Virus record (IMG/VR): IMGVR_UViG_2863283106_000001
Coordinates: 32,001 to 96,000 of that record
Length of the DNA stretch: 64,000 nt
DNA from: a virus
Lineage: Duplodnaviria > Caudoviricetes
Reading direction: 5' to 3' (one strand)
Of this stretch, positions 54,423 to 63,659 are shown in pieces. The translations under genes were made by a program, and so were the position numbers. Under the pieces are notes generated by a model. It saw nothing but the letters and a program-made list of their open reading frames with translations, was not told the origin of the DNA and did no database searches. The number at the start of each line of letters is the position of its first letter. The first letter of the stretch is position 1.

Positions 54423-54791
54423 TTACCCTCCGGTGCTGCCGCCGGTGGAGCCGGGGCACTCCGGATCGAAGATGTTGCACGGGGTGCCGACGGACGGTGT
54501 CGGCGTCGGGTCCGGGGCGGTCGGCTTCGCGGTGGGCTGCGTGCTCGGCGACGGGGTAGCGGGCGCGGTCGGCGCCGGGGTGGTCGGTGCCGGGGTGGTC
54601 GGTGCGGGGCCCGGGTCGCGGGTGTAGCCGGGGCCCTTCACGAGGATCAGCGCCATGGCGGCCGCGGCGAGAACACCGACGACCAGCCACACGGCCGCGG
54701 CGGTCCAGAGCACGGCGCCGGCCCATCGGGGGAGGCGGGGCTTGCAGTCGCCGTTCTTGCAGGCGGCAGTGCAGGTGAGCGGGGCAGACAC
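54423..54791 (-). CDS. Single-TM protein with Pro/Thr-rich tail
   Basis: AAGGA RBS; PAPTT repeats; class-A promoter. Confidence 0.6.
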   Translation of the reverse strand: MSAPLTCTAACKNGDCKPRLPRWAGAVLWTAAAVWLVVGVLAAAAMALILVKGPGYTRDPGPAPTTPAPTTPAPTAPATPSPSTQPTAKPTAPDPTPTPSVGTPCNIFDPECPGSTGGSTGG

Positions 54792-54862
54792 AGGGGGTCC
54801 TTCCGTACGGGGTACTGGAAGGGCGGACCGTGCCCGGCCCGGACGGCTTACGTCGCGTCGTG

Positions 54863-55210
54863 TCACTTCGCTGAGCGGACCGGGGGCGCCTTCACCGCGG
54901 GCGCGGCCGGAACCTTCGGCGCGGCCGGGGCTGGCGCCTTCGGCTGCGTCCGGGCAGGCTTGCGCGCGCTGCTGTCGGGATTGCTGCCGCCGGGGACCAC
55001 TCCGGGCCCGTACGGCTTGCACGTCACCGGGTCCACGGTGCCCGCGAGGGCCGGAGCGCACCGGCCGGGGCTGCTGTCCTTGCTGGGGGCGCGGGTGGCG
55101 TCGGCGGCCAGGAAGGCGACGCACAGCACCAGGGCGAGCACGACACAGCCGATGCTGAACGAGATGAACAGACGGAACTGGCGGTCGTCCCGGGGGAGGT
55201 TGGTCTTCAC
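54863..55210 (-). CDS. Single-TM protein with Pro/Lys-rich tail
   Basis: One TM segment; class-A promoter. Confidence 0.55.
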   Translation of the reverse strand: MKTNLPRDDRQFRLFISFSIGCVVLALVLCVAFLAADATRAPSKDSSPGRCAPALAGTVDPVTCKPYGPGVVPGGSNPDSSARKPARTQPKAPAPAAPKVPAAPAVKAPPVRSAK

Positions 55211-55367
55211 TGCGTGGCCTTCCAGGCGGAGGGATGAGGCCACGCAGGCTCGAGGGGCGGACGGTCTTACGTCGCGCGCTGCCGCTCAGGATCGCTCAGG
55301 GCGGGCGACGGGCGACCGGGGCAGGGGGAATGGGCCCCGCCGGGCGTAGGCGGGGCCACAGGGCCGC

Positions 55368-55805
55368 TCAGGCGGCCTGCTGGACGTCTCCCGGCTCGAG
55401 GGTGGCGCTCTTCCCCGCCGGGGCGTCGGGGACGGCGCCGGGGGCGTGCTTGAGTGCCATACGGGCGGCGACCAGATCGGCGCCCGTGGTCCCCTCCTTC
55501 TTGCAGCGCTCCCACCACCCATGGCACTGCACGGTGGCGGTCGCCTTGCGCAGCTCCTCGAGGAGTTTGTCGAACTCGGCGGCGTCGTCCTCCGGCCAGC
55601 CGTCCGTGGCGGGGCGGCCGGGGTGCTGCCGTCCCCGTTCCGTCTCCTCCGGCCATCCGTCGTGGGGCTCACGGGACCAGGGGAGTCGGGCCTGCAGCGC
55701 GTGCAGCTTGGCGTACAGCTCGGCGGCCGTGCGCTGGGCGGCGACCAGGTCGTTGGGGAAGGCGTGCGGGTTGAACGGGGCCGGGGCCGGGTCGGGGGTG
55801 GTCAT
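55368..55805 (-). CDS. Hypothetical protein
   Basis: Leaderless: TAGGCT-N7-ATG. Confidence 0.6.
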   Translation of the reverse strand: MTTPDPAPAPFNPHAFPNDLVAAQRTAAELYAKLHALQARLPWSREPHDGWPEETERGRQHPGRPATDGWPEDDAAEFDKLLEELRKATATVQCHGWWERCKKEGTTGADLVAARMALKHAPGAVPDAPAGKSATLEPGDVQQAA

Positions 55806-55815
55806 GCTTTCGAGC

Positions 55816-57030
55816 CTAGTTCGAGCCGGCGGCCGCGCCCTGCTCCACGCGGGGTGAGGTTCGACGCTCGCCAGTCCGCCCGGCGTGCTCGGCGTCCTGG
55901 TCCACACGCACCGCGAGCCGCGGGCCGTCCTCCGACCGCTCGGCGTCCTCGAGGACCTCCGCCCACCAGGCGTAGCGATCGGGCCGGATCGGGTGCTCCG
56001 TCGCCTGGTAGAACGCCACGGCGCCGTTGATCCGGACGGGCCGCAGCAGCCCGAGCACATCCCCCAGCGCGGCAACGGCCCGCTCGGCGCGATGCCGGGC
56101 GACGTCTTCGCCGGCTTCGGCTTCACCGCAGCGGGCCGCGTACCGGTCGCGCTCGCGCTTCGCGTCGGCCCACTGCCGGTTGCGGAGGCGGAGCTGGGCC
56201 CACAGGTTCTGTACCTGTGTCGGGTCCCCTCCCAGGGCGCGCACCGCGGTTCGCAGGGTGCGCAGCTCCCCCTCAGCGAGCTTCGCCCGGAGCTGCCACC
56301 CGTCGCGCTGCCGGGTGAGCTGGGCGCAGTCCACCAGGATGCCGACGCTCGGCGCGCCTGCGCCACGGATGACGCGGAGCGCTTCGGCGGCGTGGTCGCG
56401 GCCGCACATCGCGCAGTCCTCCCGCTCGCTCGGGTCGGTCGCCTCGCGGTGCTCCTCGGCTTCCTGCAGCACCTGGCACACGCGGGCGGTGACCGTCTGG
56501 AACTCGACGAGGGCGGACCCGTGCTCGCACTCCGGGCCGGTCGCGCGTTCCTGGCGTTCGGCGGCCGCGCGGGTCGCCCACTGGTGCGCCTCTCGGGCGT
56601 GGTCGATCAGCGTGGGCCACGGGGTGTCAGGGTGGACGTCCAGGGCTTCGGCCAGGGCCCGGCGGCGCATGGTGTCGGCCCCCTCCTCCTGGAGGGCCTT
56701 CTGCTGCCACGTGGTGGCGGCGCCCACGGCGATACGGACCGCGTCGGTGCTGCCCTTGGGGGCGGGCCTGGCGTTGGCGCGCTGTTCGGCCTCGCGTATG
56801 GCGGCGTCCGCGGCCTCACGGTGCCGGGCAAGGCGCCGGTTCGTCTTGGCCAAGCTCTTGCCGGTCTTCACCCCCAGACGGACCTCCTCGCGGACGTGGG
56901 CGGCCAGGACGGCGGCCTGCTCCGGGGTGAGGGTCCCGGCCTCGAGGCGGGGCAGCAGGTCGTCGAACGCGGCGCGCCGTGCCTCGCGTTCGTGGCGCTG
57001 CGGTGTGGTGCGGGAGTGGCGGCGGGGCAT
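55816..57030 (-). CDS. Coiled-coil hypothetical protein
   Basis: GAGGAG RBS; TGTAAC-N17-CGTT promoter. Confidence 0.6.
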   Translation of the reverse strand: MPRRHSRTTPQRHEREARRAAFDDLLPRLEAGTLTPEQAAVLAAHVREEVRLGVKTGKSLAKTNRRLARHREAADAAIREAEQRANARPAPKGSTDAVRIAVGAATTWQQKALQEEGADTMRRRALAEALDVHPDTPWPTLIDHAREAHQWATRAAAERQERATGPECEHGSALVEFQTVTARVCQVLQEAEEHREATDPSEREDCAMCGRDHAAEALRVIRGAGAPSVGILVDCAQLTRQRDGWQLRAKLAEGELRTLRTAVRALGGDPTQVQNLWAQLRLRNRQWADAKRERDRYAARCGEAEAGEDVARHRAERAVAALGDVLGLLRPVRINGAVAFYQATEHPIRPDRYAWWAEVLEDAERSEDGPRLAVRVDQDAEHAGRTGERRTSPRVEQGAAAGSN

Positions 57031-57183
57031 GTGCTCGGCTCCTCGTGCACGGGCGGCGGGGCCCGGCGGGAAGTCCGGGCACGGCAAGGAACGGGCGCGG
57101 CGGCCGATCTGTTACAGCGGCCGCGGGAACGACGGAGCGCCCGGCCTCCGCGGGGTGCGGGGCCGGGCGCTCCAGGGGGCCGG

Positions 57184-58506
57184 TCAGGCGGCCGGGGTGT
57201 AGTCGTCGGTGCTGTGGACCAGTTCATTCATGCGGTAGAGCTGGCAGAGGTAGTCAGTGGCCAGCGTCTCTCCGTCGACGTTGAAGAACTGGGCGAGCAG
57301 CCGCGCTGCCATGAGCGGGGGGACGACGTCGGCGAGCTGCTGGAACACGCTCGTGCGGGAGCCTTGCGAGGGGTAGGAGGCGCGGAAGCCGACGAGGAGT
57401 GCGGCTTCGTTCTGGGTGAGGCGCAGGCCGTCAGAGACTCGCTTCCAGGTGCGGGCCTTGCCGGTGAGGCAGTTGGAGGGGCGATCGGCGGAGAACTCGT
57501 TGCCGCCCTTGGGGCGGCCGGTCTTCGGGTCGATGCCGCGCACGCCACGGGTGTTGATCTTCTCGCCCTCCTTCCAGCCAAGGGCCTGCGCCATCGTGGT
57601 CTGGGGGACGTTCTCGGTGGGCGTGGGCAGGTACGACAGGCGGCGGGAGGCGAGGAAGAACACCCGCTCGCGGCGAGAGGCGAGCCCGAACTGGGAGGCT
57701 TCGAGGATGCCGTGGGTGGTCCAGTACCACTCTCCCTCTTCCTGGCCGCCGCGCAGCTCTAGGCGGATGTCGTCGAGGATCTGCTGCGGCAGTCGGCTGG
57801 ACTGCTCCATTGCGATGAACTCCAGCGGCGCGCCCGCTGCCTGCATGCCGAACGCCCAGAACAGGAGTTCCGCCATGAGGCCGATGCGGGGGTCGGTGAG
57901 CGGGGCGAGTTGGGCGCGCAGTTCGTCCCAGGTGACGCCGGAGCGCGGGGCGTAGCCGTCGTGGTAGCCGAGTTCGTCGCAGGTGTCGCAGCCTTCGCAC
58001 CAGTCATCCAGCTCGTTACCGGGAAGGAATCCGCCCGCCTCGGAGGTCTGGGCGAGCACGCGGCACAGGGTGTTGATGTTGGCCTGGTCCTGCCCGGAGT
58101 GCTTCCCGGCAGGGGAGAAGGAGGGGCACGGCGGGGAGACGATCAGGCCGCGGACGTGGCGCAGGGCGTAGTGCTCGGGGTCCAGGGTGGTGATGTCGGC
58201 GCAGATGCGGAAGTGCCCGGCGGCGCGGGCGGTGGCGCACGCGTCCTTGGAGATGTCGATGCCGACGGCGTCCACGGCGACGCCGAGAACCTTCGCGATG
58301 CCCTCGGACCAGCCCCCCGGGCCGGCGAACAGCTCCACCACGCGGATCGGGTCGCCGGGCAGCGGGTCGAGCAGCCAGCGGCCGGGGAAGGGGTCGGCGG
58401 CCGCGTCCAGGACGGCGAGGACCTTCGGGGGGATGGGCAGACCGGCCTTGCGGGCGAGGGTGGCGACGTGGACGGCGGTTGCGACCGCGGGGGGCAGGGT
58501 CCGCAT
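57184..58506 (-). CDS. Orphan DNA (cytosine-5) methyltransferase
   Basis: ELFAGPGG, SPPCPSFS, MEQ (ENV variant), RRERVFF, QQLADVV. Confidence 0.88.
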   Translation of the reverse strand: MRTLPPAVATAVHVATLARKAGLPIPPKVLAVLDAAADPFPGRWLLDPLPGDPIRVVELFAGPGGWSEGIAKVLGVAVDAVGIDISKDACATARAAGHFRICADITTLDPEHYALRHVRGLIVSPPCPSFSPAGKHSGQDQANINTLCRVLAQTSEAGGFLPGNELDDWCEGCDTCDELGYHDGYAPRSGVTWDELRAQLAPLTDPRIGLMAELLFWAFGMQAAGAPLEFIAMEQSSRLPQQILDDIRLELRGGQEEGEWYWTTHGILEASQFGLASRRERVFFLASRRLSYLPTPTENVPQTTMAQALGWKEGEKINTRGVRGIDPKTGRPKGGNEFSADRPSNCLTGKARTWKRVSDGLRLTQNEAALLVGFRASYPSQGSRTSVFQQLADVVPPLMAARLLAQFFNVDGETLATDYLCQLYRMNELVHSTDDYTPAA

Positions 58507-58575
58507 CTGGTGTTCCTCTCTTCGTGGTCCGCGCCGGTGGTGCTCTCCACCGACACCACGAATAGTACACCCAGG
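58507..58575 (-). promoter_or_regulatory. TACTAT -10 promoter with AGAGCA-loop leader hairpin (repeated at 62652-62716)
   Basis: GGGTGTACTATTCGTGGTGTYGGTGGAGAGCACC is shared by both loci. Confidence 0.7.
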
Positions 58576-58657
58576 TAAATCTCCTGTCCCTGGAACAGCG
58601 GAAACGCGCACTCCGATCGCCTAGGGTGCGCGTTTCTGCTGGTGGTTCGGCTGACAG

Positions 58658-59047
58658 TCAGCCGATCGCCGCGGCGTGCGCCTGACCCTCGAGGACCGCG
58701 GCCGCGGCCTCGACGTCGGCCCGCAGGTCCACCCCGCGGCGCTTGAGGTCCTCGAGCAGCTCCCCCGGCTCCGGGTCATCGCCCTGGTCCGCGGCGGCGA
58801 CATGCTCGGCGAGCGCGGCCCGCAGGGTGAGCACCTCGGACTCGGCGGCCAGCAGCCGGCGCAGCAGCGACGGCAACGCGACACGGCAGTACCGGCCGAA
58901 CGCCTCGGTGGTGTGGCCGCCGCGGAGGGTCTCCGCGTGGACTTCCGCAGCGTCAACGGCTCCAGCGAGCGACGACAGGGGGGCAGTGCCGGGGCGCAGC
59001 AGCGCGTCCAGTTCGGCGAGTAGCTCGGGCGTGGCAGGGGTCAGCAC
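58658..59047 (-). CDS. Hypothetical protein
   Basis: GGAG RBS. Confidence 0.55.
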   Translation of the reverse strand: MLTPATPELLAELDALLRPGTAPLSSLAGAVDAAEVHAETLRGGHTTEAFGRYCRVALPSLLRRLLAAESEVLTLRAALAEHVAAADQGDDPEPGELLEDLKRRGVDLRADVEAAAAVLEGQAHAAAIG

Positions 59048-59114
59048 AGGAGGCTCCAGAGACGGGCAGGAAGGGCGCCCGGGGCCGATACGGGCCCCGG
59101 GCGCAGGGATGGGG

Positions 59115-59267
59115 TCAGACCACTTCGTTGCCGACGGTGGGCGGCTCGGCGTGGTCCTCCGGCTCGCAGTGCGTGCCATGCTCGGGGCAGCCGGCCGGCC
59201 GCTCGAAGCACGGGATCCGGCAGCTTCCGCAGGGGCAGGAACCGACGGTGCGCGGGACAGGGGCCAT
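59115..59267 (-). CDS. 50-aa Cys/His-rich peptide
   Basis: Not in the ORF track; AGGAAGGA RBS; MAPVPRTVGSCPCGSCRIPCFERPAGCPEHGTHC... Confidence 0.5.
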   Translation of the reverse strand: MAPVPRTVGSCPCGSCRIPCFERPAGCPEHGTHCEPEDHAEPPTVGNEVV

Positions 59268-59295
59268 GGGTGTCCGGGTCCTTCCTGGGCGACGG

Positions 59296-60150
59296 TCAGC
59301 GGGCGAGCTGCGGGGCGAGGGAGACCAGGAGGTCCACGCCGACCCCGTGGACGTCGGCGGAGGCCGGGCTGGTGTCCCTCACCCGGGCGTACGGGTCAAG
59401 CGGCGGCGCGACGTACCCGTACGGGCCGCTGCCGGATCCGAACGCGACCCCGCCCTGCTCCGTCTGCTCGACGTCGACGCGCTGCGCCAGGAACGCGGCC
59501 ACGCGGCGCTGCAGCCGGCCCCGCACGGCCTTCATCGGCCACGTCTTCGGGTCGGTCGGACGGGCGGGCAGGAAGTGCGCGACGGCCCGTTCCACGGCGC
59601 GCACGGGCCCCTCGATCTGCACATCGGCGACGGGGTTGGAGCCGTTCAGGGTGGCCGAGTAGCGGCAGCCGCTCGAGGACCAGGTGACGGTGGACGTGTT
59701 CCGCAGCAGTCCCCCACGCTCATAGGTGGCGGCACCCTGGGCGCGCATCGCGGCGCCGATCTCGTACAGCAGCGCCAGACGCGCGCGGGCCGGGTCGTCG
59801 TCCTCGTGGGCGCGGGCGGCGGCCTCGTCGTCGATGACGGGCAGCACCAGGCGCAGCACCTCGCGGGCGACCTTCGCGGGGGCGAGGGCGTGCAGCGTGA
59901 AGTCCGGCCGGTACGGCTCACGGCCGGGGAGCTGCCATCCGACCTCGGTTTCCCACGGGCGGGTCACCAGGATCACGGCGCGCTCCCCCTGCACGATGCG
60001 GGCGGCGGGGTGCCGGGCGGTCCACCACGGGGCGTAGGGCTCCACGGTCCAGGGCACGCCGGCGCGGGCGGGCAGCAGCGCGGCGACGTGCTCGGCGAGC
60101 GTCACGGCGGGGGAGTCGGGGCGGGCCGGGGCGGCGGTGGGCGGGGTCAT
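59296..60150 (-). CDS. Hypothetical protein, paralogue of 60222-61049
   Basis: Shared AALLPAR.G..W, VLP..EAAAR, GPV and G.DLL motifs. Confidence 0.65.
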   Translation of the reverse strand: MTPPTAAPARPDSPAVTLAEHVAALLPARAGVPWTVEPYAPWWTARHPAARIVQGERAVILVTRPWETEVGWQLPGREPYRPDFTLHALAPAKVAREVLRLVLPVIDDEAAARAHEDDDPARARLALLYEIGAAMRAQGAATYERGGLLRNTSTVTWSSSGCRYSATLNGSNPVADVQIEGPVRAVERAVAHFLPARPTDPKTWPMKAVRGRLQRRVAAFLAQRVDVEQTEQGGVAFGSGSGPYGYVAPPLDPYARVRDTSPASADVHGVGVDLLVSLAPQLAR

Positions 60151-60221
60151 GGCGTGCGGCCTTTCGAGCAAGGGCCGCACCCCCGGGCAGGGGCAGGAGG
60201 TGCGGCCGGGCGGGCGAGGGG

Positions 60222-61049
60222 TCAGACCAGGAGCGCGGCGACGGACAGCAGCAGGTCGGTGCCGATGGCGGAGAACTCGGCGACGACTCGGGTGGTGTCG
60301 TCCGCGGTCGCGTCCGGCGTGGGCTTTTCCGGGCGGGCGATGTACCCGGGGACGTCCCCGAGGCGGCCGAACTCGAGCTCGTCGACTCCCAGGGGCCGAA
60401 GCTGCGGGAACCGGGCCGTCAGATGCCGCGTGAGCGTGCCTTCGGCGTCCTGGGGGGCGTGCCCGTCGGCGGGGGGCAGCAGGACCGGCAGAACGGCGTA
60501 CAGGCCGTGCACGGGCCCGTCGTAGGTGAGGGTGAGCTGACCGGCCAGGCCGTACACGGACAGGCCCCACTTCCCGCCGGCGGTGCCCTCCCACTCCAGG
60601 GCGGGCCCGGTCAGCGTGTCCTCGACGGCCGGGTGCGCGCCGTGGTCGATCAGCTCGAACCCGACTTCCGACAGGTCCGCGGCCTTCGCGGTGACGACTC
60701 CCTGCCACCCGTTCTCGTGGTGGACGCGGGCCGCGGCCTCCCTCTCCAGGCGGGGCAGCACGGTACGCAGGATCCGTCCGGCGAGCGTGGCGACGGGGTG
60801 CGGGGCGTCCTGGGCGACGACGACGTCCGGGGTCACGGGGAACATGTCGGCGTCGTCGACGAACACCTCGATGCGGCCGCCGCTTTCGGCGATGATCAGC
60901 GCGCGGTGCCCGTTGGTGAGCCGGGACGTCGCGGCGTGGGGCCGGACGCAGTACGGGGCGGGGGTGACCTTCCACGCTTCACCGCGGCGGGCGGGCAGGA
61001 GAGCGGCGAGCGGCGCCGCGGTGGCGGCGTGGGCGATGGCAGTGATCAC
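60222..61049 (-). CDS. Hypothetical protein, paralogue of 59296-60150
   Basis: Same shared motifs; hairpin leader. Confidence 0.65.
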   Translation of the reverse strand: MITAIAHAATAAPLAALLPARRGEAWKVTPAPYCVRPHAATSRLTNGHRALIIAESGGRIEVFVDDADMFPVTPDVVVAQDAPHPVATLAGRILRTVLPRLEREAAARVHHENGWQGVVTAKAADLSEVGFELIDHGAHPAVEDTLTGPALEWEGTAGGKWGLSVYGLAGQLTLTYDGPVHGLYAVLPVLLPPADGHAPQDAEGTLTRHLTARFPQLRPLGVDELEFGRLGDVPGYIARPEKPTPDATADDTTRVVAEFSAIGTDLLLSVAALLV

Positions 61050-61206
61050 AGGGGGCGGTCCTTCGGTTCGTGGTCGGTCCGGCGCGGTGCTCTCCGGCCG
61101 GGCAAGGTGGCCATGCGGGTAGTGCTTGCGTCACGCCCCGGGGCGGCTCGAGGTCGTCCAGGCCCCGGGGCGCGACAGCCGAAAGCCGGCTCTCTCACCG
61201 GGTAGT

Positions 61207-61246
61207 ACGCCGAACAGGCGCGCCTTGTGACGCGCCTGTTCGGCGT
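61207..61246 (-). terminator. Stem-loop terminator
   Basis: ACGCCGAACAGGCGCG-N8-CGCGCCTGTTCGGCGT. Confidence 0.7.
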
Positions 61247-61252
61247 GGGGCC

Positions 61253-62134
61253 CTACCGGCGGCAGTCGAACAGCGCGGTGCAGCCGTCGGGGCAGGAGTG
61301 GACGTGTGTGGCGGCGAGGAGCAAGCGCACGTTGCTGGCGCCCTGGGCGCGGCGGGGGGTGCCGTTGTTGCCCTGGACCACCTCGGCGCGCAGCACCTTG
61401 CCGGAGCGCTTGCCGATCTGGATGGTGCCGAACGTGCCGTGCTTGCCGCCCGCGTTGAGGTGGATACGGCGCACACCGCGGTAGGTGCCCCCGTCGGTGA
61501 GGCGGAACCCCTCCTTCTCGGCGAGCTGGAGGGTGCTGACGGTGTATGGGGTGAGGCCGGTGAGGTCGAGCGGCGCCGGAGCGGCCGGGGCCGGGGCGAC
61601 GCGGGCGGGGGCGGCGGGGGCGGCGGGGGCGGTCATGATGCGGTCGTAGGCGTCGTGCAGGTTCAGCGCGGTCTGCAGGCAGGCGGTCACGGCCTCCGTG
61701 CCGCGCGCGGCGTGCAGGGCGTCGTGCGCCTCGGCGAGCTGGGCGAGCACGGCCGCGGCGCGGGTCCGTCGGCCCACCCCGGCGGCGGTGAACGCCTTCA
61801 CGGGCGGGGTCGGCATGGCGCGGCGGCTGAACGGCTCGAGCACGTACGCGGTGAAGTCGGCGGGCAAGCCCGTGCCCGGGGTCTCCTCCACCAGCCAACG
61901 GGCCTCCACTAGGGGCATGCTTGCCTCGAACGGCAGCACGTTGGTGAGGGTGATGCCGTCGACGACGTCCGGCTCCTCAGCCTCGAACGCGGTGGCGGAG
62001 GCGTCCAGGAAGCCGGCGATCTGCAGCAGGACCGCGGCGACGTCGGGGCGCTCGGTGGCGCGGGTGCGGACGACGTCGGCGATGGCGCGGGTACGGACGG
62101 CGCGCACGAGGTTGGGGTTGGTGGTCACGGCCAT
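61253..62134 (-). CDS. Hypothetical protein
   Basis: GGAG RBS; GC3-biased frame. Confidence 0.6.
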   Translation of the reverse strand: MAVTTNPNLVRAVRTRAIADVVRTRATERPDVAAVLLQIAGFLDASATAFEAEEPDVVDGITLTNVLPFEASMPLVEARWLVEETPGTGLPADFTAYVLEPFSRRAMPTPPVKAFTAAGVGRRTRAAAVLAQLAEAHDALHAARGTEAVTACLQTALNLHDAYDRIMTAPAAPAAPARVAPAPAAPAPLDLTGLTPYTVSTLQLAEKEGFRLTDGGTYRGVRRIHLNAGGKHGTFGTIQIGKRSGKVLRAEVVQGNNGTPRRAQGASNVRLLLAATHVHSCPDGCTALFDCRR

Positions 62135-62204
62135 GGTGGGTGTCTCCGATCGGCGGGGAGGGGGCCGCGCCCCGGGGTCGGGGCGCGGCGGGGGTTGCGT
62201 CCGG

Positions 62205-62651
62205 TCAGGCGGCGGCGCGGGCGGGGGCCGGGCGGCCGAGGGCGAGCGCGGCGAGGAACGCGGCCACCTCGTCGTTCTTCGGCCGGTACCCGGTCAGGGC
62301 GACGGCGCGGATGTCCTCGCGGGTCCACAGGGCGGCGGGGACGACGCGGTGCCGCTTCTTGCGGGCGAGGTCGCCGGTGCGGGCGACGGTCAGGCCCTTC
62401 TTGCCCTTGCGCTTCTTCGTGGTGGTGCCCGCGCCCGGGATGCGGTCGGCGGCCTTCGCCTTCTTCGTGATGGTGGCCGCGTAGTTGTGGGCGACCAGCG
62501 GGGTGACGCCACCGGCGATGAGGTGGGCGGAGGTGGCCGCGGGGCCGGCGTTCACGGCCTTCACGGCGGCGCGGATCTCGCGGGCGGTACGGGCGCGGTC
62601 GCGGAGTGCGGCGCGGCGGGGGTCGACCTTGTGGGTACGGGCAGAAGCCAT
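62205..62651 (-). CDS. Highly basic small protein (possible nucleic-acid binder)
   Basis: Lys/Arg-rich; hairpin leader and TACTAT promoter. Confidence 0.65.
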   Translation of the reverse strand: MASARTHKVDPRRAALRDRARTAREIRAAVKAVNAGPAATSAHLIAGGVTPLVAHNYAATITKKAKAADRIPGAGTTTKKRKGKKGLTVARTGDLARKKRHRVVPAALWTREDIRAVALTGYRPKNDEVAAFLAALALGRPAPARAAA

Positions 62652-62828
62652 GGGGTGCTCCTCGGTTCGTGGTCGTTGGCGGTGCTCTCCACCAACACCA
62701 CGAATAGTACACCCTCACGAATCTAGGGGGAAGCGGAACGGCAGAACCGGCCAGCGTTTCCGCAGATGGACACGCGCCCGACTCCGTCCGGGAGGGGCGG
62801 GTGCGTTCCCTTGGGGTCGCCGTTCCGG

Positions 62829-63065
62829 TCAGAACAGGGTGTCGGCGTCCGCGGCCGGGGGCGGGGCGGACCGGCTGGTGCGCGGCGCCCGGCGGCCGGT
62901 GGGCTCGTCCCCGAACAGGGCGTCGGTGCCGTAGGCGTCCGGCACGGCCAGCACGGGCCGCTTCACCTCGTCGGTGTCCACCAGGGCGAGCGGCGCGCCC
63001 TCGTCGAAGTCGGCGCGGCGCATGGCGGACCAGTCGCGGCCCTGGGGGCTGGTGGCAGTGCTCAT
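62829..63065 (-). CDS. Small hypothetical protein
   Basis: AGGAG RBS. Confidence 0.5.
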   Translation of the reverse strand: MSTATSPQGRDWSAMRRADFDEGAPLALVDTDEVKRPVLAVPDAYGTDALFGDEPTGRRAPRTSRSAPPPAADADTLF

Positions 63066-63139
63066 GGGTCTCTCCTGTCTGGGGGCGGTGCGGGCGGCCG
63101 GGGCGCCGTGCGGGGCGCCCCGGTAGGGGTGGGGAGCTG

Positions 63140-63577
63140 TCAGGCGCGGGGGCGGGTGTCGGGGAGCTTGCCGACGGCGGCGGCCAGGCCGAGGCGGAAC
63201 CACTCGGCGCGCGGGGAGTCCCACTCGGCGCGGACGAACTCCGGCAGCTCGAACCCGAGGTGTGTACGGGGCGCGCCCGGGTGCGGGTCGACCGGCTCGG
63301 GCTCCGGCTCGGCGACGGGCGCGGTGATGGCCTCCACGCACTCGCTGGTGAAGCGGCCGGGCCCCCACTCGTAATCGGCCCCCGGGCCCGTCAGCGCCCA
63401 CACGGCCTGTCCGCCCGTCTGGAAGGCGTAGGCCAGTTCCCACGTGCGGCCGAGGTGCGTCACCTCGAACGTCCGGGCCTTGCCGGGCTTGAGGGTGGCG
63501 GTGAAGGGCACGCCGGCGTTCTCCAGGGCGGTGCGGAGCTGCTCGATGTGCTTCGCGGGGATGCGGGGCTTGGACAC
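63140..63577 (-). CDS. Hypothetical protein
   Basis: GAGG RBS. Confidence 0.55.
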   Translation of the reverse strand: MSKPRIPAKHIEQLRTALENAGVPFTATLKPGKARTFEVTHLGRTWELAYAFQTGGQAVWALTGPGADYEWGPGRFTSECVEAITAPVAEPEPEPVDPHPGAPRTHLGFELPEFVRAEWDSPRAEWFRLGLAAAVGKLPDTRPRA

Positions 63578-63659
63578 GGGGGCCTCTCTGCAGTACGGGG
63601 GGAGGGGCCGGGGCGCGGCAGGGGCGCCCCGGCGGGTGGTCAGTGGTGGGCGGGCCGGC

